DNA of 64,000 bases from Candidatus Eiseniibacteriota bacterium (GCA_963703225.1 OY969801.1:832001-896000), one strand, 5' to 3'; shown: positions 50,815 through 64,000, counted from the first letter of the stretch. Made by a program: numbers and translations. The notes: generated by a model from the sequence alone, not told the origin.

Positions 50815-53460
50815 ATGACCCAGACCGAGCTATCCAAGTCCTACGAGCCGACCCAAGTGGAGGGCCGTTGGTACGCCCACTGGGTGGAGCAGGGGCACTT
50901 TCGCCCGAGCGAGGGGCCGGAGGCCCCGTTCGTGATCGTGATTCCCCCGCCCAACGTCACGGGCAGTCTCCACTTCGGTCACGCGTTTGACCACACGATC
51001 CAGGATCTGCTGATCCGCTGGCAGCGGATGAGCGGCGTGCCGACCCTATGGCTCCCGGGGACCGACCACGCCGGCATCGCGACCCAGAACGTGGTGGAGA
51101 AGCGCCTCGCCGAGCAGGGCAAGACCCGCTTCGACCTCGGTCGCGAGGCGTTCATCGCGGAGGTCTGGAAGTGGAAGGAGCACTACCACGCCCGGATCAC
51201 CGAGCAGATGAAGCGCCTCGGCGATTCGGTCGATTGGTCGCGCGAGCGGTTCACCATGGACGAGGGGCTCTCGCGGGCGGTGCGCGAGGTGTTCGTGCGC
51301 CTCTACAAGAAGGGCCTCGTCTACCAGGGGAACCGGATCATCAACTGGTGCCCGCGCTGTCACACGGCGCTCTCCGACGAGGAAGTGAACCACGTCGAGA
51401 CGGACGGCAAGCTTTACTACATCCAGTATCCGATCAAGGACTCCAAGCGGAAGGTCACCGTCGCGACCACGCGTCCCGAGACGATGCTGGGCGACGTGGC
51501 GGTGGCGGTTCACCCCAAGGACAAGCGCTACGCGCCGCTCCACGGGAAGACGGCGATCCTCCCCTTCCTGAGGCGGGAGATGCCGATCATCCTGGACGAT
51601 ACGGTGGACCCCAAGTTCGGGACCGGCGCGGTCAAGGTCACGCCGGCCCACGACCCCAATGACTTCGAATTGGGGCAGCGCCATGGGCTCACCCCGATCA
51701 CCGTGATGGATACCAGCGCGGTGATGAACGAGAACGCGGGCGACTTCAAGGGGCTCTCCCGCGAGGAGGCGCGCGCGCGGATCGTGGAAGCGCTCCAAGA
51801 CCGCGGCCTTCTGCAGCGGGTGGAGCCGCACAAGCACTCGGTGGGCCACTGCGACCGCTGCGACACGGTGGTGGAGCCTTACCTTTCGCTCCAGTGGTTC
51901 GTGAAGATGAAGCCGCTGGCCGAGCCTGCCTACGCCGCGGTGGAGAAGGGCGAGCTGATCATTCTGCCGCGCCGTTGGGAGAAGGTTTATCTCCGGTGGC
52001 TCGAGGGGATCCGCGACTGGTGCATCTCGCGCCAGCTCTGGTGGGGACACCGGATCCCGGTCTGGACCTGCGGCAGCTGCGGCGAGCAGATCGTCGAGGT
52101 GGAGACGCCCAGCGCTTGCCCGAAGTGCAAGGGCACCTCGCTGAAGCAGGACGAGGACGTTCTCGACACCTGGTTCTCATCGTGGCTCTGGCCCTTCTCC
52201 ACCTTGGGATGGCCGGAAGAGACGCCCGATCTCAAGCGCTTCTATCCGTCGACCGTCCTGGTGACCGGCCCCGACATCATCTTCTTCTGGGTCGCGCGCA
52301 TGGTGATGGCCGGATACGAGTTCATGGGGAGGACCCCCTTCGGCCAGGTCTATCTCCACGGCATCGTGCGCGATCCAGAGGGACGGAAGCTCTCCAAGTC
52401 GCTGGGAAACTCCTCCGACCCGATCGAGCTGATGGACCGCTTCGGCGCCGACTCGCTCCGGATGACGCTCGTACTCCTCTCGCCGCAGGGGGCGGACATC
52501 CACGGGTTCTCGGACGAGAAGGTCGATATTGGACGCCACTTTGCCAACAAGCTCTGGAACGCGTTCCGGCTGGTCCAGCCGTATCTTCAAGATTATGAGC
52601 CCGACGAGACGGGGGCGCGGCCCGCGCTGACCGACGCCGACCTCTGGATCCTGAGCACGGTCGCGGCCACGGTCCGCTCGGTGACCCGTAACCTCCGGAC
52701 CTATCGAATCGGGGACGCGGCCAAGGACATCTACGACTTCACCTGGCGCGAGCTCTGCGATTGGTATCTCGAGATGGCCAAGCCCAGGCTCTACGCGGGC
52801 ACGAACGGCCCCGATGCGGCCGCGGTGCGGTACACCATCCACCAGGTGTTCAGCACGGTGCTGAGGCTCCTGCACCCGTTCATGCCCTATATCACCGAGG
52901 AGCTGTGGCACGCGCTCCCCGGGACAAAGGGGGACGTTTGCGTCGCCGAGTGGCCGACGCCGCCCCGCGGCGCGGCCCACCCTGCTGCCGAGGGGAAGAT
53001 CGCGCTTCTCAAGGAAGTGGTGGGCGCGATCCGGAATCTCCGCTCCGAGATGAACATCGCCCCGGCTCGGAAGGCCGCGATCCTGATCCGCGCGGAGGGG
53101 CACGAAGCCGACGTGCTGAATGACCAGCGCGACCTGATCCTGCTTCTGGGGCGCGGGGAGTCGCTCGACGTGGGGGCCAAGGTGCAAAAGCCGGCCGTCG
53201 CGGCCTCCGCCGTGGTCCGAAACCACGAGATCTTCCTCCCGCTGGAGGGGCTCATCGACCTCGACGTGGAGCTGAAGCGGCTCCAGAAAGAGTACGAGCG
53301 AGTGCTCCGCGAGTTCGACATCACCAGGCGAAAGCTCCAGAACGACGATTTTCTCGGCAAGGCAAAGACGGAAGTGGTGGACCGGGAGCGGGAGAAGTTC
53401 GAGACGCTCGGAACCACCAAGGAAAAGCTCGAGCGGAACCTGGAGGTGCTGAAGCGATGA
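50815..53460 (+). CDS. valS: Valine--tRNA ligase
   Basis: IPPPNVTGSLHFGH, PGTDHAGIATQ, ATTRPET, DWCISRQLWWGH, DVLDTWFSS, KLSKS, C-terminal coiled coil. Confidence 0.98.
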   Translation: MTQTELSKSYEPTQVEGRWYAHWVEQGHFRPSEGPEAPFVIVIPPPNVTGSLHFGHAFDHTIQDLLIRWQRMSGVPTLWLPGTDHAGIATQNVVEKRLAEQGKTRFDLGREAFIAEVWKWKEHYHARITEQMKRLGDSVDWSRERFTMDEGLSRAVREVFVRLYKKGLVYQGNRIINWCPRCHTALSDEEVNHVETDGKLYYIQYPIKDSKRKVTVATTRPETMLGDVAVAVHPKDKRYAPLHGKTAILPFLRREMPIILDDTVDPKFGTGAVKVTPAHDPNDFELGQRHGLTPITVMDTSAVMNENAGDFKGLSREEARARIVEALQDRGLLQRVEPHKHSVGHCDRCDTVVEPYLSLQWFVKMKPLAEPAYAAVEKGELIILPRRWEKVYLRWLEGIRDWCISRQLWWGHRIPVWTCGSCGEQIVEVETPSACPKCKGTSLKQDEDVLDTWFSSWLWPFSTLGWPEETPDLKRFYPSTVLVTGPDIIFFWVARMVMAGYEFMGRTPFGQVYLHGIVRDPEGRKLSKSLGNSSDPIELMDRFGADSLRMTLVLLSPQGADIHGFSDEKVDIGRHFANKLWNAFRLVQPYLQDYEPDETGARPALTDADLWILSTVAATVRSVTRNLRTYRIGDAAKDIYDFTWRELCDWYLEMAKPRLYAGTNGPDAAAVRYTIHQVFSTVLRLLHPFMPYITEELWHALPGTKGDVCVAEWPTPPRGAAHPAAEGKIALLKEVVGAIRNLRSEMNIAPARKAAILIRAEGHEADVLNDQRDLILLLGRGESLDVGAKVQKPAVAASAVVRNHEIFLPLEGLIDLDVELKRLQKEYERVLREFDITRRKLQNDDFLGKAKTEVVDREREKFETLGTTKEKLERNLEVLKR

Positions 53461-54862
53461 AGCGAATGGTGGGGGTCGCGGTCGCGTTGGTTCTGGTGGG
53501 CGCCGCCCCGGCGGCGTGGTCTCAGGGAAAGAGCGCCGGCAAGCCGGCCGCCGGCTCCTCGCAGGCCGCCGCGGGGGACCGCGACGTCGCGGTCACCGTC
53601 TACAACGAGAATCTCGGCGTCGTGAAAGATCGCCGCCGGTTCACGCTCGCGAGCGGCATTTCGGAGCTTCGGTTCACGGACGTGGCGTCGCTCATCGATC
53701 CGACTTCGGTCCACCTCCGCCCGCTCGGGAAATCGACGATCGAGGTCATCACCCAGGACTATCGCTTCGACCTCGTGAGCACCGAGAAGCTCTTGGAACG
53801 CTATCTCGACCAGCCGGTCGACGTGGCGACCAAGGACGACCAGATCAAGCGGGGAACGTTGATGTCCTACGACCCGTCGTCGCTGGTGGTCCAGGACGCG
53901 GGCGGCGGCCTCACGCTCTTGAACCGGGCCGAGGTGCGTCAGGTGGGGCTCAAGGAACTGCCGAAGGGGTTGATCACCCGGCCGACCTGGTCTGGAAGCT
54001 CAACTCGAGCGCGGCGGGCGAGCAGCCGCTCGAGGTCTCGTACATGACCGGCGGCATGGACTGGCACGCCGAGTACGTGGCGGTCATCAACGAGGCTGGC
54101 ACGAGCCTCGACCTTCAGGGCTGGGCCTCGGTCGAGAACCGCTCGGGCGCGACTTATGACGACGCCAAGATCAAGCTCGTCGCCGGCTCGATCCACCGCG
54201 CGCCACCGCCGATGCGGCCGATGCCCGAGTTCTCGCGCGGCATGGCGGCCGAATCGATGGTGAAAATGGAGGAGCGCGGGTTCTTCGAGTACCACCTCTA
54301 CGAGGTGCCGCTCAAGGCCACCCTCTCCAACAACGAGGTGAAGCAGCTCGGACTGCTCCAGGCGGACGGGATCAAGTCGGCCAAGAAATTCACCTACGAC
54401 GGGCAGAGGGATCCGAAGCAGGTGATGGTCACGGTCGAATTCGAGAACGCGGCCGCTTCGGGGCTCGGGATGCCGCTCCCCGCGGGTGTGGTCCGGGTCT
54501 TCCAGCGGGACAAGGACGAGTCGCTGGAGCTGGCGGGCGAGGATCGGATCGAGCACACGCCCAAGAACGAGACGGTCCGGGTCTCGGTGGGGGGCGCGTT
54601 CGACATCGGCGCCGAGCGAAAGCAGATGGACATGAAGCAGGTCACGCCTCGGCTGGTCGAGACCTCGTACGAGATCACGTTGAGAAACCACAAGGCGGAG
54701 GCCGTGGAGGTGACGGTGGTGGAGCACGCTTACGGCGACTGGGAGATCGTGGAGTCGAGCGCCCCGGCGAAGAAGAAGGACGCGACCACCTTCGAGTTCG
54801 TGGCGCGCTGCGTGCCCGAGAAGCCGTTCGTCCTCACGTACAGGCTCCGGACCCGGTCGTGA
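53457..54862 (+). CDS. DUF4139-domain secreted protein (frameshift near 53985)
   Basis: [57 protein letters not shown]. Confidence 0.85.
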
Positions 54863-57024
54863 CCCAGGGCGGGCTGAGCGGCGGCGCCGAGCGCCCCGTG
54901 CCGGGACGCCCGCGGGCCCTCCTGACGCGGGACGAGCCCCCCGCGTCGTTCAAGCTCCACTCTCCCTATCCGCCGCGCGGCGACCAGCCCCGCGCGATCG
55001 CCGAGCTGACCGAGGGGATCCAGCGGGGGGACAAGCGCCAGGTCCTGCTCGGCGTCACCGGGTCGGGCAAGACCTTCACCATGGCCAACGTGATCGCCGC
55101 GCACGGCCGCCCCACGCTGGTCATCTCCCACAACAAGACCCTCGCCGCGCAGCTCTACGGCGAGTTCAAGAGCTACTTCCCGGAGAACGCGGTGGGCTAC
55201 TTCGTCTCCTACTACGATTACTACCAGCCCGAAGCGTACGTGCCGCAGACCAACACCTATATCGAGAAGGACGCGTCGATCAACGACGACATCGACCGGC
55301 TCCGGCTGGCGGCGACGAGCGCACTCTTGGAGCGGCGCGACGTGATCGTGGTGGCGAGCGTCTCCTGCATCTACGGATTGGGCTCGCCCGAGGATTTCCG
55401 CCGGGAGATGCTCCTGATCCAGAAGGGCGAGCGGATCACCCGCGAGGAGATCTTGCGGCAGCTGGTCCACAATCAATACGCGCGTGGGGATCTCGAGCTG
55501 AAGCGCGGCACGTTCCGCGCGCGGGGGGACGTGGTCGAGGTGCATCCCGCCTACGAGGAGACCGCGGTCCGGATCGAGCTGTTCGGAGATCAGGTGGAGC
55601 GGATGGCGGTGATCGATCCGCTCACCGGGAAGACGATCCAGCTCATCTCGACCGCGGCGATCTATCCGGCCAAGCATTTCGTGACCCATCCGGTGAGGCT
55701 CCAGGAGGGGATCCAAGCCATCCGCGCCGAGCTGACCGAGCGGGTGGCGCTCTTCGAGCGGGAGGGGAAGCTGCTCGAGGCCCAGAGGATCAAGATGCGC
55801 ACCGAGTACGACCTGGAAATGCTGCGGGAGATCGGCTACTGCCCCGGGATCGAGAATTACTCCCGCCCGCTGTCCGGCCGGAAGCAGGGCGAGCGGCCGC
55901 AGTGCCTGATCGACTATTTCCCGGACGACTTCTTGCTCATCATCGACGAGTCCCATGTCACCGTGCCGCAGGTCGGCGGCATGTACGAGGGGGACCGCTC
56001 CCGGAAGCAGACGCTGGTCGACCACGGATTTCGGCTTCCGTCGGCGCTCGACAACCGTCCGCTACGCTTTGACGAGTTTGACGCGCTGGTGGGTCAGGTG
56101 ATCTACGTCTCGGCGACGCCGGCCGACTACGAGCTGAAGCAGGCCGGGGGCGTCGTCGTGGAGCAGATCATCCGCCCCACGGGCCTCGTCGACCCCAAGC
56201 TCTCGATCCGGGCCACCAAGGGGCAGATCGACGACCTCCTGGAAGAGATCCGAAAGCGGGTCGAGGTGGGAGAGCGGGTCCTGGTCACGACGTTGACCAA
56301 GCGGATGGCCGAGGATCTGACCGAGTACCTCTTCCAGGCCGGCGTCAGGGTCCGCTACATCCACTCCGACATCGATACCATCGAGCGGATGGAAATTCTG
56401 CGCGCGCTCCGGCTCCAGAAGGTGGACGTCCTGGTGGGAATCAATCTGCTGCGCGAGGGCCTCGATCTGCCCGAGGTCTCTCTGGTCGCGATCCTGGACG
56501 CCGACAAGGAGGGTTTCCTCCGCTCCGAGACATCGCTCATCCAGACGGCGGGGCGGGCGGCGCGGCACCTGCGCGGGGAGGTCATTCTCTACGCCGATCA
56601 GGTGACCGGCGCGATGCGGCGGGCGATCGAGGAGATGAATCGCCGTCGCGATGTCCAGCTGCGGTACAACGTGGAGAACGACATCACGCCGCAGACGATC
56701 GTCAAGTCGGTGGATGAGATCATGCGGAGCACCTCGGTCGCGGACGCGGCGTCCACGATCGCGGCGGAGGAGATTCTGCCGAGCGCGGCGCTCGATCTGG
56801 ATCGCGACGCGCTCATGGACCTGCTCGAGCGGGAAATGCTCGCCGCGGCGGCCCGCGAGGAATTCGAGGTGGCGGCGGTCTTCCGCGACCGGCTCGACGA
56901 GCTTCGCCTCTCGATGGGAAAGGAACCCGGACATGCGGCTGGAAGCCATCACCCTACCCCTGGTCCGCCTCGCGCTGACGGAGGACCTCGGGGGAGGGGA
57001 CGCAACTACCGACGCGGTCGTTGA
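54859..57024 (+). CDS. uvrB: Excinuclease ABC subunit B
   Basis: [56 protein letters not shown]-terminal UVR domain. Confidence 0.98.
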   Translation: MTQGGLSGGAERPVPGRPRALLTRDEPPASFKLHSPYPPRGDQPRAIAELTEGIQRGDKRQVLLGVTGSGKTFTMANVIAAHGRPTLVISHNKTLAAQLYGEFKSYFPENAVGYFVSYYDYYQPEAYVPQTNTYIEKDASINDDIDRLRLAATSALLERRDVIVVASVSCIYGLGSPEDFRREMLLIQKGERITREEILRQLVHNQYARGDLELKRGTFRARGDVVEVHPAYEETAVRIELFGDQVERMAVIDPLTGKTIQLISTAAIYPAKHFVTHPVRLQEGIQAIRAELTERVALFEREGKLLEAQRIKMRTEYDLEMLREIGYCPGIENYSRPLSGRKQGERPQCLIDYFPDDFLLIIDESHVTVPQVGGMYEGDRSRKQTLVDHGFRLPSALDNRPLRFDEFDALVGQVIYVSATPADYELKQAGGVVVEQIIRPTGLVDPKLSIRATKGQIDDLLEEIRKRVEVGERVLVTTLTKRMAEDLTEYLFQAGVRVRYIHSDIDTIERMEILRALRLQKVDVLVGINLLREGLDLPEVSLVAILDADKEGFLRSETSLIQTAGRAARHLRGEVILYADQVTGAMRRAIEEMNRRRDVQLRYNVENDITPQTIVKSVDEIMRSTSVADAASTIAAEEILPSAALDLDRDALMDLLEREMLAAAAREEFEVAAVFRDRLDELRLSMGKEPGHAAGSHHPTPGPPRADGGPRGRGRNYRRGR

Positions 57025-57784
57025 CGAAAGCGCCGCCGGGCGCGCGCACATCGACTCGAAGCAGGAGGGCGTTCTGGCCGGCTCCGAGGTCGCGGCGCTC
57101 GCCTTCCGCGAGCTCGACCCCGACGCGAAGATCGAGTGGCTCGTGGCCGAAGGGGGCGCGCTCACCCGTGGCGGGCGCGTGGCGACGATCGCGGCCAAGG
57201 CACGCGCGATCCTGAGCGCCGAGCGGGTCGCGCTCAACTACCTCCAGCATCTTTCCGGGATCGCGACCCTCACCCGAGCGTTCGTGAAGGCGGTGGAGGG
57301 GACCGGCGTACGCATCCTCGACACGCGGAAGACCACCCCCGGCCTTCGATTCCTCGAGAAGCACGCCGCGCACGCGGGGGGCGCGGTGAACCACCGGTTC
57401 GGTCTCTTCGACGGCGTGTTGATCAAGGAGAACCACATCGTCGCGGCGGGCGGAATGAAGGAGGCCTTCGAGCGCGCGCGGAAGGGGACGGAGGGACTGC
57501 CGATCGTCGTGGAAGCCAAATCGCAGGAGGAGGCGGTGGAGGCCGCCGCGCTCAAGCCCGACCGGATTCTCCTCGACAACTTTACGCCCAGCGCGATCGT
57601 GGCGGTCCTGAAGCGGCTCCCCCGAGGCGGCCCGGAGATAGAAGTTTCGGGCGGGATCCGGCTCGCCAACGTCCGGGACTTCGCGGTCCCCGGCGTCAGC
57701 TACATCTCGGTCGGATCGATCACCCATTCGGCCCCGGCCCTCGACCTGTCCCTCACTATGGACGGGGTGAAGACGGCGGCATGA
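56933..57784 (+). CDS. nadC: Nicotinate-nucleotide pyrophosphorylase (quinolinate phosphoribosyltransferase)
   Basis: [62 protein letters not shown]. Confidence 0.95.
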   Translation: MRLEAITLPLVRLALTEDLGGGDATTDAVVDESAAGRAHIDSKQEGVLAGSEVAALAFRELDPDAKIEWLVAEGGALTRGGRVATIAAKARAILSAERVALNYLQHLSGIATLTRAFVKAVEGTGVRILDTRKTTPGLRFLEKHAAHAGGAVNHRFGLFDGVLIKENHIVAAGGMKEAFERARKGTEGLPIVVEAKSQEEAVEAAALKPDRILLDNFTPSAIVAVLKRLPRGGPEIEVSGGIRLANVRDFAVPGVSYISVGSITHSAPALDLSLTMDGVKTAA

Positions 57785-58572
57785 GCGGGACGGATGGCGC
57801 CCCGGCCGCGAGGCCGGTCCAATTCCTGGGAGTTCCGATCGAGCGCCACGAGTCGATCGGATCGACCAACGACGAAGCGCTCCGCCGGTCTGATGAGGGC
57901 GCGTCACAGGGACTGGTGGTTGTGGCCGCGGCCCAGACCGGAGGACGGGGTCGCCAGGGGCGCCAGTGGTGGGACGCCCCGGGAGCGTCGCTCTCCTTCT
58001 CGGTTCTCCTTCGTCCGACGATCTCCTTGCCTCAATTCCCGCTCCTCGCGCTCGCGATGGCCTGCGCGGTCGCGGACGCCGGAGGCGAAGCGGCGGGAGC
58101 GACCCTCGACATCAAGTGGCCCAACGACGTGCTCCATCGGGGCCGGAAGCTTTGTGGCGTGCTCGCGGAGTCCCGGGTTTCGGGCGGACCCGCGATCGGC
58201 GTCGTGCCGCTGGTGATCGGTGCCGGCATCAACGTGAATCAACTGGATGAGGACTTTCCACCCGAGCTGCGCGAGATCGCGACGTCGCTCCGGCTCGCGG
58301 GCGGCGGCGGAGCGATTCGTCTGGACGACCTGCTCGCCGCCATCTTGGTCCGGTTCGAGCGCCACGTGGGCCTCATCGAAGGAGGAGACGCGACGCCTCT
58401 CTGGACCGAAGTCACGGCGCGGCTCCCCCGGGCGGGGACCGAGGTGAGCGTCCGGAGCGGCGGCCGCCGCATCGATGGTGTCGTGGAGGGAATCACCGAG
58501 ACCGGCGCGCTGAGGCTTCGAGAGCGGGATCGGGACCGCGAGACCGTCATCTCGGCCGGAGAAATGATATGA
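57781..58572 (+). CDS. birA: Biotin--[acetyl-CoA-carboxylase] ligase (no HTH domain)
   Basis: [36 protein letters not shown]. Confidence 0.93.
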   Translation: MSGTDGAPAARPVQFLGVPIERHESIGSTNDEALRRSDEGASQGLVVVAAAQTGGRGRQGRQWWDAPGASLSFSVLLRPTISLPQFPLLALAMACAVADAGGEAAGATLDIKWPNDVLHRGRKLCGVLAESRVSGGPAIGVVPLVIGAGINVNQLDEDFPPELREIATSLRLAGGGGAIRLDDLLAAILVRFERHVGLIEGGDATPLWTEVTARLPRAGTEVSVRSGGRRIDGVVEGITETGALRLRERDRDRETVISAGEMI

Positions 58573-59018
58573 AGTGCCCGTCCTGCGGCCACCTCGAGGA
58601 CAAGGTGATCGACTCCCGCTCCGCCAAGGAGGGGCAGGCGATCCGGCGGCGCAGGGAGTGCCTCCAGTGCCACCGGCGGTTCACGACCTATGAGACCGTC
58701 GAGACGACGCCGCTCTTCGTCATCAAGAAGGACGGACGGCGGGAGGCCTTCAGCCGGGACAAGATCATGAACGGCCTCTTCCGGGCCTGCGAGAAGCGGC
58801 CGATCCCCGCCGAAAAGCTCCACGCCATCGTCGACTCGCTGGAGGCGGACTTCCTCAAGCAGGGCGTCGATGAGGTGCGCTCGAGCGAGATCGGAGAGCG
58901 GGTCATGGAGGCGCTCCACCAGCTCGACGAGGTGGCGTACGTCCGGTTCGCTTCCGTCTATAGGCACTTCAAGGACCTGAACCAATTCCTCGAAGAGCTG
59001 CGGTCCCTCCTCAAGTGA
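58569..59018 (+). CDS. nrdR: Transcriptional repressor NrdR
   Basis: MKCPSC, DKVIDSR, IRRRREC..C..RFTTYE, ATP cone, [10 protein letters not shown]. Confidence 0.97.
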   Translation: MKCPSCGHLEDKVIDSRSAKEGQAIRRRRECLQCHRRFTTYETVETTPLFVIKKDGRREAFSRDKIMNGLFRACEKRPIPAEKLHAIVDSLEADFLKQGVDEVRSSEIGERVMEALHQLDEVAYVRFASVYRHFKDLNQFLEELRSLLK

Positions 59019-59785
59019 TCCCGCCGACCCTAGCCAGCGCCTTGGTCCGGGATTCGCCGATGTCGTTCCTCGATCATCTGGAGGAGCTTCGCAGGGCGCT
59101 TCTCCGGGCTTTCGTCGTCGCGCTCGTGCTCGTGGCCGCGGCCTGGGCGTTCTCGGGGCGGCTCCTCGACGCCCTCATCGCGATGCTGGCCCCGGGGCAG
59201 AGGGTTCTGGCCCTGGCGCCCGCCGAGGCCTTCTCCGCACGGATGAACGTGGCGCTCTGGACCGGCGGCCTCCTGGCGGTGCCTTATCTCATGTACGAGG
59301 CGTGGCGCTTCGTGGCTCCGGCCCTGAAGCGCGACGAGCGCCGCTTTGCGGTTCCCTGGATGCTGGCCTCCGCGGTCCTCCTCTACGCCGGGATCGCCTT
59401 CGCGCTCAAGCTGCTCCTGCCGACGATGGTGACGATGCTGGCGTCGTTCGCGACGCCGAACATCGAGTCGAGGCTTTCGCTCACCCCGCTCCTGGGATTC
59501 GCGATCCAGCTGGGGGCCGGGTGCGGCCTCCTGTTCCAGCTTCCCGTCGTCCTCTGCCTCCTCGCATGGTTCGGCATCGTGCCGCCCTCCCGGCTCGCGC
59601 GGGCCTGGCGGCACGCCATCTTCTTCATCGCGCTGGGCGCGGCGGTCATCACCCCGGGCGATGGCCCATCGATGCTCGTGCTCGCGGCGCCGCTCGTGGT
59701 GCTCTACTTCCTGAGCGTGGTCGTCGCGTCGATGCTCTGGAAGATCCGCAAAGGTTCTCGCTCTCCGGATTCGGAGGAGCGCTGA
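59015..59785 (+). CDS. tatC: Twin-arginine translocase subunit TatC
   Basis: [24 protein letters not shown]...E, FQLPVV, AVITPGD. Confidence 0.92.
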   Translation: MIPPTLASALVRDSPMSFLDHLEELRRALLRAFVVALVLVAAAWAFSGRLLDALIAMLAPGQRVLALAPAEAFSARMNVALWTGGLLAVPYLMYEAWRFVAPALKRDERRFAVPWMLASAVLLYAGIAFALKLLLPTMVTMLASFATPNIESRLSLTPLLGFAIQLGAGCGLLFQLPVVLCLLAWFGIVPPSRLARAWRHAIFFIALGAAVITPGDGPSMLVLAAPLVVLYFLSVVVASMLWKIRKGSRSPDSEER

Positions 59786-59814
59786 GGGGAAGTCCGCGGC
59801 GCAAGGAGGAAGGA

Positions 59815-60606
59815 ATGCTGCTCGCGATCGACGTCGGCAACACCGAGGTGACCCTCGGCCTCTTCGAGGGCGCGGAGCTTCGCCGCTCCTTCCGCGTGAG
59901 CAGCGAAACCCGGCGGACGGTGGATGAAGTGGAGCTTCTGCTCCGGCAGGCGTTCCCCGAGCTGGCGGGCAAGGCGGCGCCCGCGGGCCGGCACAGCGCC
60001 GTCCTGGGATCGGTCGTTCCGGCGCAGACCGCGATCTTCTTGGAGGCGGCCCGGCGGATGACCGCGTCCGATCCGCTTGAGGTGACCGCCGCGACCACCG
60101 CCCGGATCAAGGTGGAGTATCGGGACCCCGCATCGGCCGGCGCCGACCGGATCGCGAACGCGGCGGCGGCATTCGCCCGATACGGCGCTCCGGCCATCGT
60201 GGTCGACTTTGGAACCGCGACGACCTTCGACGTTCTGCTCAAAGGCCGGCGATACCGCGGCGGCGTGATCGCGCCGGGCATCCTCACGGGCGCCGAGCAT
60301 TTGGTCCGCCGCGCCGCGCGCCTCAGCGCGTTCGAGTTGAAGCCCCCGCGCCACGTGGTCGGGCGAAACACCGAGGAGAGCCTTCAGTCGGGGGTCTTCT
60401 ACGGCGCCGTGGGGCAGGTCGACTCGATCGTGCGGCGGATCGCGGCCGCGGAGAAGATCAAGCCCAAGGTGATCGCGACCGGCGGGCTGGCCGCGGCGAT
60501 CGCGGCCCACTCCGAGACCATCCAAGCGGTCGACGCCGACCTCACGCTCCACGGGCTCCGGATCATCTACAGCCGCCACGGCAAGTCGCAGCGGCACCGC
60601 CCGTAA
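59815..60606 (+). CDS. coaX: Type III pantothenate kinase
   Basis: [51 protein letters not shown]. Confidence 0.95.
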   Translation: MLLAIDVGNTEVTLGLFEGAELRRSFRVSSETRRTVDEVELLLRQAFPELAGKAAPAGRHSAVLGSVVPAQTAIFLEAARRMTASDPLEVTAATTARIKVEYRDPASAGADRIANAAAAFARYGAPAIVVDFGTATTFDVLLKGRRYRGGVIAPGILTGAEHLVRRAARLSAFELKPPRHVVGRNTEESLQSGVFYGAVGQVDSIVRRIAAAEKIKPKVIATGGLAAAIAAHSETIQAVDADLTLHGLRIIYSRHGKSQRHRP

Positions 60607-60671
60607 CAAGCGGGGCCGGGCACCAAAATCGCTGTTGCGCGCCCCGCCGGCTTCCGTTAAATTGACCCCGG

Positions 60672-62374
<1,703 letters not shown>

Positions 62375-62431
62375 CTGCGGCGACCCAGGGCGGCCGGCTC
62401 GGCCGCGACACGGGCGCGAATCGCGGAATAA

Positions 62432-62474
62432 AGAGGGCTGCCGGGGCGTACACCTCGGCAGCCCCTTCAGTTTT
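62432..62474 (+). terminator. Intrinsic terminator-like hairpin after groEL
   Basis: GGGCTGCCG (62435-62443) pairs with CGGCAGCCC (62456-62464), followed by CTTCAGTTTT. Confidence 0.65.
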
Positions 62475-62603
62475 GGGGCGGGATGCCGATGCCAAAGTGA
62501 ATCGGCCCGCGCCGACTCCGGCGCTCGGGGAATCGTCTTGGTCCGATCGGACCACGGCCGTATCCTCAGTCACCGGAAGGAATTCGAGACCAAGGAGATC
62601 GAG

Positions 62604-63530
62604 TTGAGCTTCGACACGCTGGCCGCCACCCGGGAAGAGTTGGTCCTCAAGAAGAGCGCGCCGATCGCCCCCTACACCACGCTCGGCATTGGCGGCCCCG
62701 CCGACGTGCTCGCCGAGGTCTACACCGAGAAGGCCCTGCAGCAGGTGGTGCGCGAAGCAGTCGCTTCGGGCATGCGCTGGCTTCTGATCGGCGGCGGGTC
62801 GAATCTCCTGGTCGGCGACACGGGATATCGCGGCGTCGTGATCGTGAACAAGATCGAGCACCTGATCGTCAAGGGAACGCGGATCATCGCCGGGGCCGGG
62901 GCCGATCTGGGCGAGGTGGTCGAGACGGCGCGCGAGCACTCGCTTTCGGGAATGGAGTTCGCGATCGATATCCCCGGGACCGTCGGAGGCGCGGTGCGCG
63001 GAAACGCGGGCGCCTTTGGGCGGGCCGTGGCCGACGTCATGACGCGGATCCGGGTTCTCGAAGGGACCGAGCTGGTCGATCGGACGCCCGCGGAGCTGGG
63101 ATTCGCCTACCGTCATAGCAAGCTCAAGGAAAACACCAATATCGTCGTCGAGGCCGAGTTTTCGCTCCAACCGGGCGACCGGGCCGAGATGGACCGCATC
63201 ATGGGCCAGAACGCCGCGCAGCGCGCGCGTCGCCAGGAGAAGGGTCTCAACACCGCCGGGTGCTTCTTCAAGAATCCCGTCCTCCCGGACGGGACCAAGA
63301 TCGCCGCGGGGCAACTCTTGGAGGCCGCCGGCGCCAAGGAGATCCGCGATGGCGGCGCGGGCGTCCACACCCACCACGCCAACTACATCGTGAACAAGGG
63401 TGGCGCCACGGCGCAGGAGATCCTGCGCGTCGCCCGCGAGATGAAGCGCCGGGTGGAAGAGGCCAACGGGATCACGCTCGAAGAGGAAGTGATGGTCGTC
63501 GTCGACCCGCCGGGGAACGGATCGGTCTAG
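62604..63530 (+). CDS. murB: UDP-N-acetylmuramate dehydrogenase
   Basis: YTTLGIGGPA, GGGSNLL, IPGTVGGAVRGNAGAFG, FAYRHS, TAGCFFKNP, HANYIVN; AAGGAG upstream of TTG 62604. Confidence 0.93.
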   Translation: MSFDTLAATREELVLKKSAPIAPYTTLGIGGPADVLAEVYTEKALQQVVREAVASGMRWLLIGGGSNLLVGDTGYRGVVIVNKIEHLIVKGTRIIAGAGADLGEVVETAREHSLSGMEFAIDIPGTVGGAVRGNAGAFGRAVADVMTRIRVLEGTELVDRTPAELGFAYRHSKLKENTNIVVEAEFSLQPGDRAEMDRIMGQNAAQRARRQEKGLNTAGCFFKNPVLPDGTKIAAGQLLEAAGAKEIRDGGAGVHTHHANYIVNKGGATAQEILRVAREMKRRVEEANGITLEEEVMVVVDPPGNGSV

Positions 63531-64000
63531 TTGCGGCTGCTAGCGATCGGCGTCGTTCTCCTCCTGCTTAGCCCCACTCCTTCCGCGCAAGCCTGCAGCT
63601 GCAGTTGGGCCGGGCCGTTCGCCTCGGTCGCCCCGTCCGCCGACCTCGTGGTGCGGGGGAAGGTTCTCTCCTACGACAAGAACTCGCTCAAGCTCCAAGT
63701 CTTGGAAGTCCTCCGCGGCAAGGAATCGCGAAAGACCATCCGCGTCTGGGGAGACAACGGCGCGCAGTGCAGCCCCTATGTGACCGCGTTTCCGATCGGC
63801 ACGGAGTGGATTCTCGCGATCCGCCGGACCACATCGGGCGTGAGCCCCGGCTACTTCCCGCGCGATGGAATACCCGGTGAATGGAAGAAGTCCGCCGACT
63901 ATCGGATCTCCATTTGCGGGGAGTTCTGGCTTCAGGTTGTGGGCCAAAACGCGGTCGGAATCGTGCACGGAAAGCTGGCCGATGGGCCAAAGGAACGAAT
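63531..64000 (+). CDS. Secreted CxC-start (TIMP/NTR-like OB-fold) hypothetical protein, runs off window
   Basis: Not in the ORF track. My translation from TTG 63531: LRLLAIGVVLLLLSPTPSAQA-CSCSWAGPF...ADLVVRGKV...VLEVLRG...VWGDNGAQC...ISICGEFWL, open to the window end. Confidence 0.7.
   Translation, partial: MRLLAIGVVLLLLSPTPSAQACSCSWAGPFASVAPSADLVVRGKVLSYDKNSLKLQVLEVLRGKESRKTIRVWGDNGAQCSPYVTAFPIGTEWILAIRRTTSGVSPGYFPRDGIPGEWKKSADYRISICGEFWLQVVGQNAVGIVHGKLADGPKER

Overview
GC-rich (roughly 65-70% by eye) chromosomal window from a diderm bacterium. Gene content suggests an uncultured Candidatus Eisenbacteria/Latescibacterota-like lineage, but that is inference only. Many genes are split by single-base indels, which looks more like long-read consensus error than true pseudogenisation. 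Contents in order: partial Ser/Thr kinase; a ~17 kb Wzx/Wzy surface-polysaccharide cluster of visibly lower GC (OPX/SLBB exporter, Wzz, Wzy, Wzx, two GT4, AsnB, bi-domain dehydrogenase, alpha/alpha-barrel protein, DUF354, priming transferase); a recombination scar containing two orphan gene tails; a chrB-chrF-like-YncE cassette with no chrA; two Wzi-like genes flanking a polyphosphate locus (DUF5674 pair, CYTH-CHAD, sixA, two ppx, ppk1); outer-membrane barrel genes behind a sigma54-like promoter; arginase, M42 peptidase, aquaporin and an FAD/Fe-S oxidoreductase; efp with an unusual Asn32 tip; tandem paralogous secreted proteins with an orphan third C-terminus; an operon of HD hydrolase, degenerate FolE, GT2 and Cys-less TrxB-like flavoprotein; then a housekeeping run (valS, DUF4139, uvrB, nadC, birA, nrdR, tatC, coaX, CIRCE-groEL, murB) and a partial TIMP-like secreted protein. 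I recognised no rRNA, tRNA, CRISPR array, integrase or transposase. The best candidates for undescribed biology are the degenerate-FolE/GT2/flavoprotein operon, the DUF5674 two-gene module and the capsule-replacement scar at ~18.1-18.3 kb.
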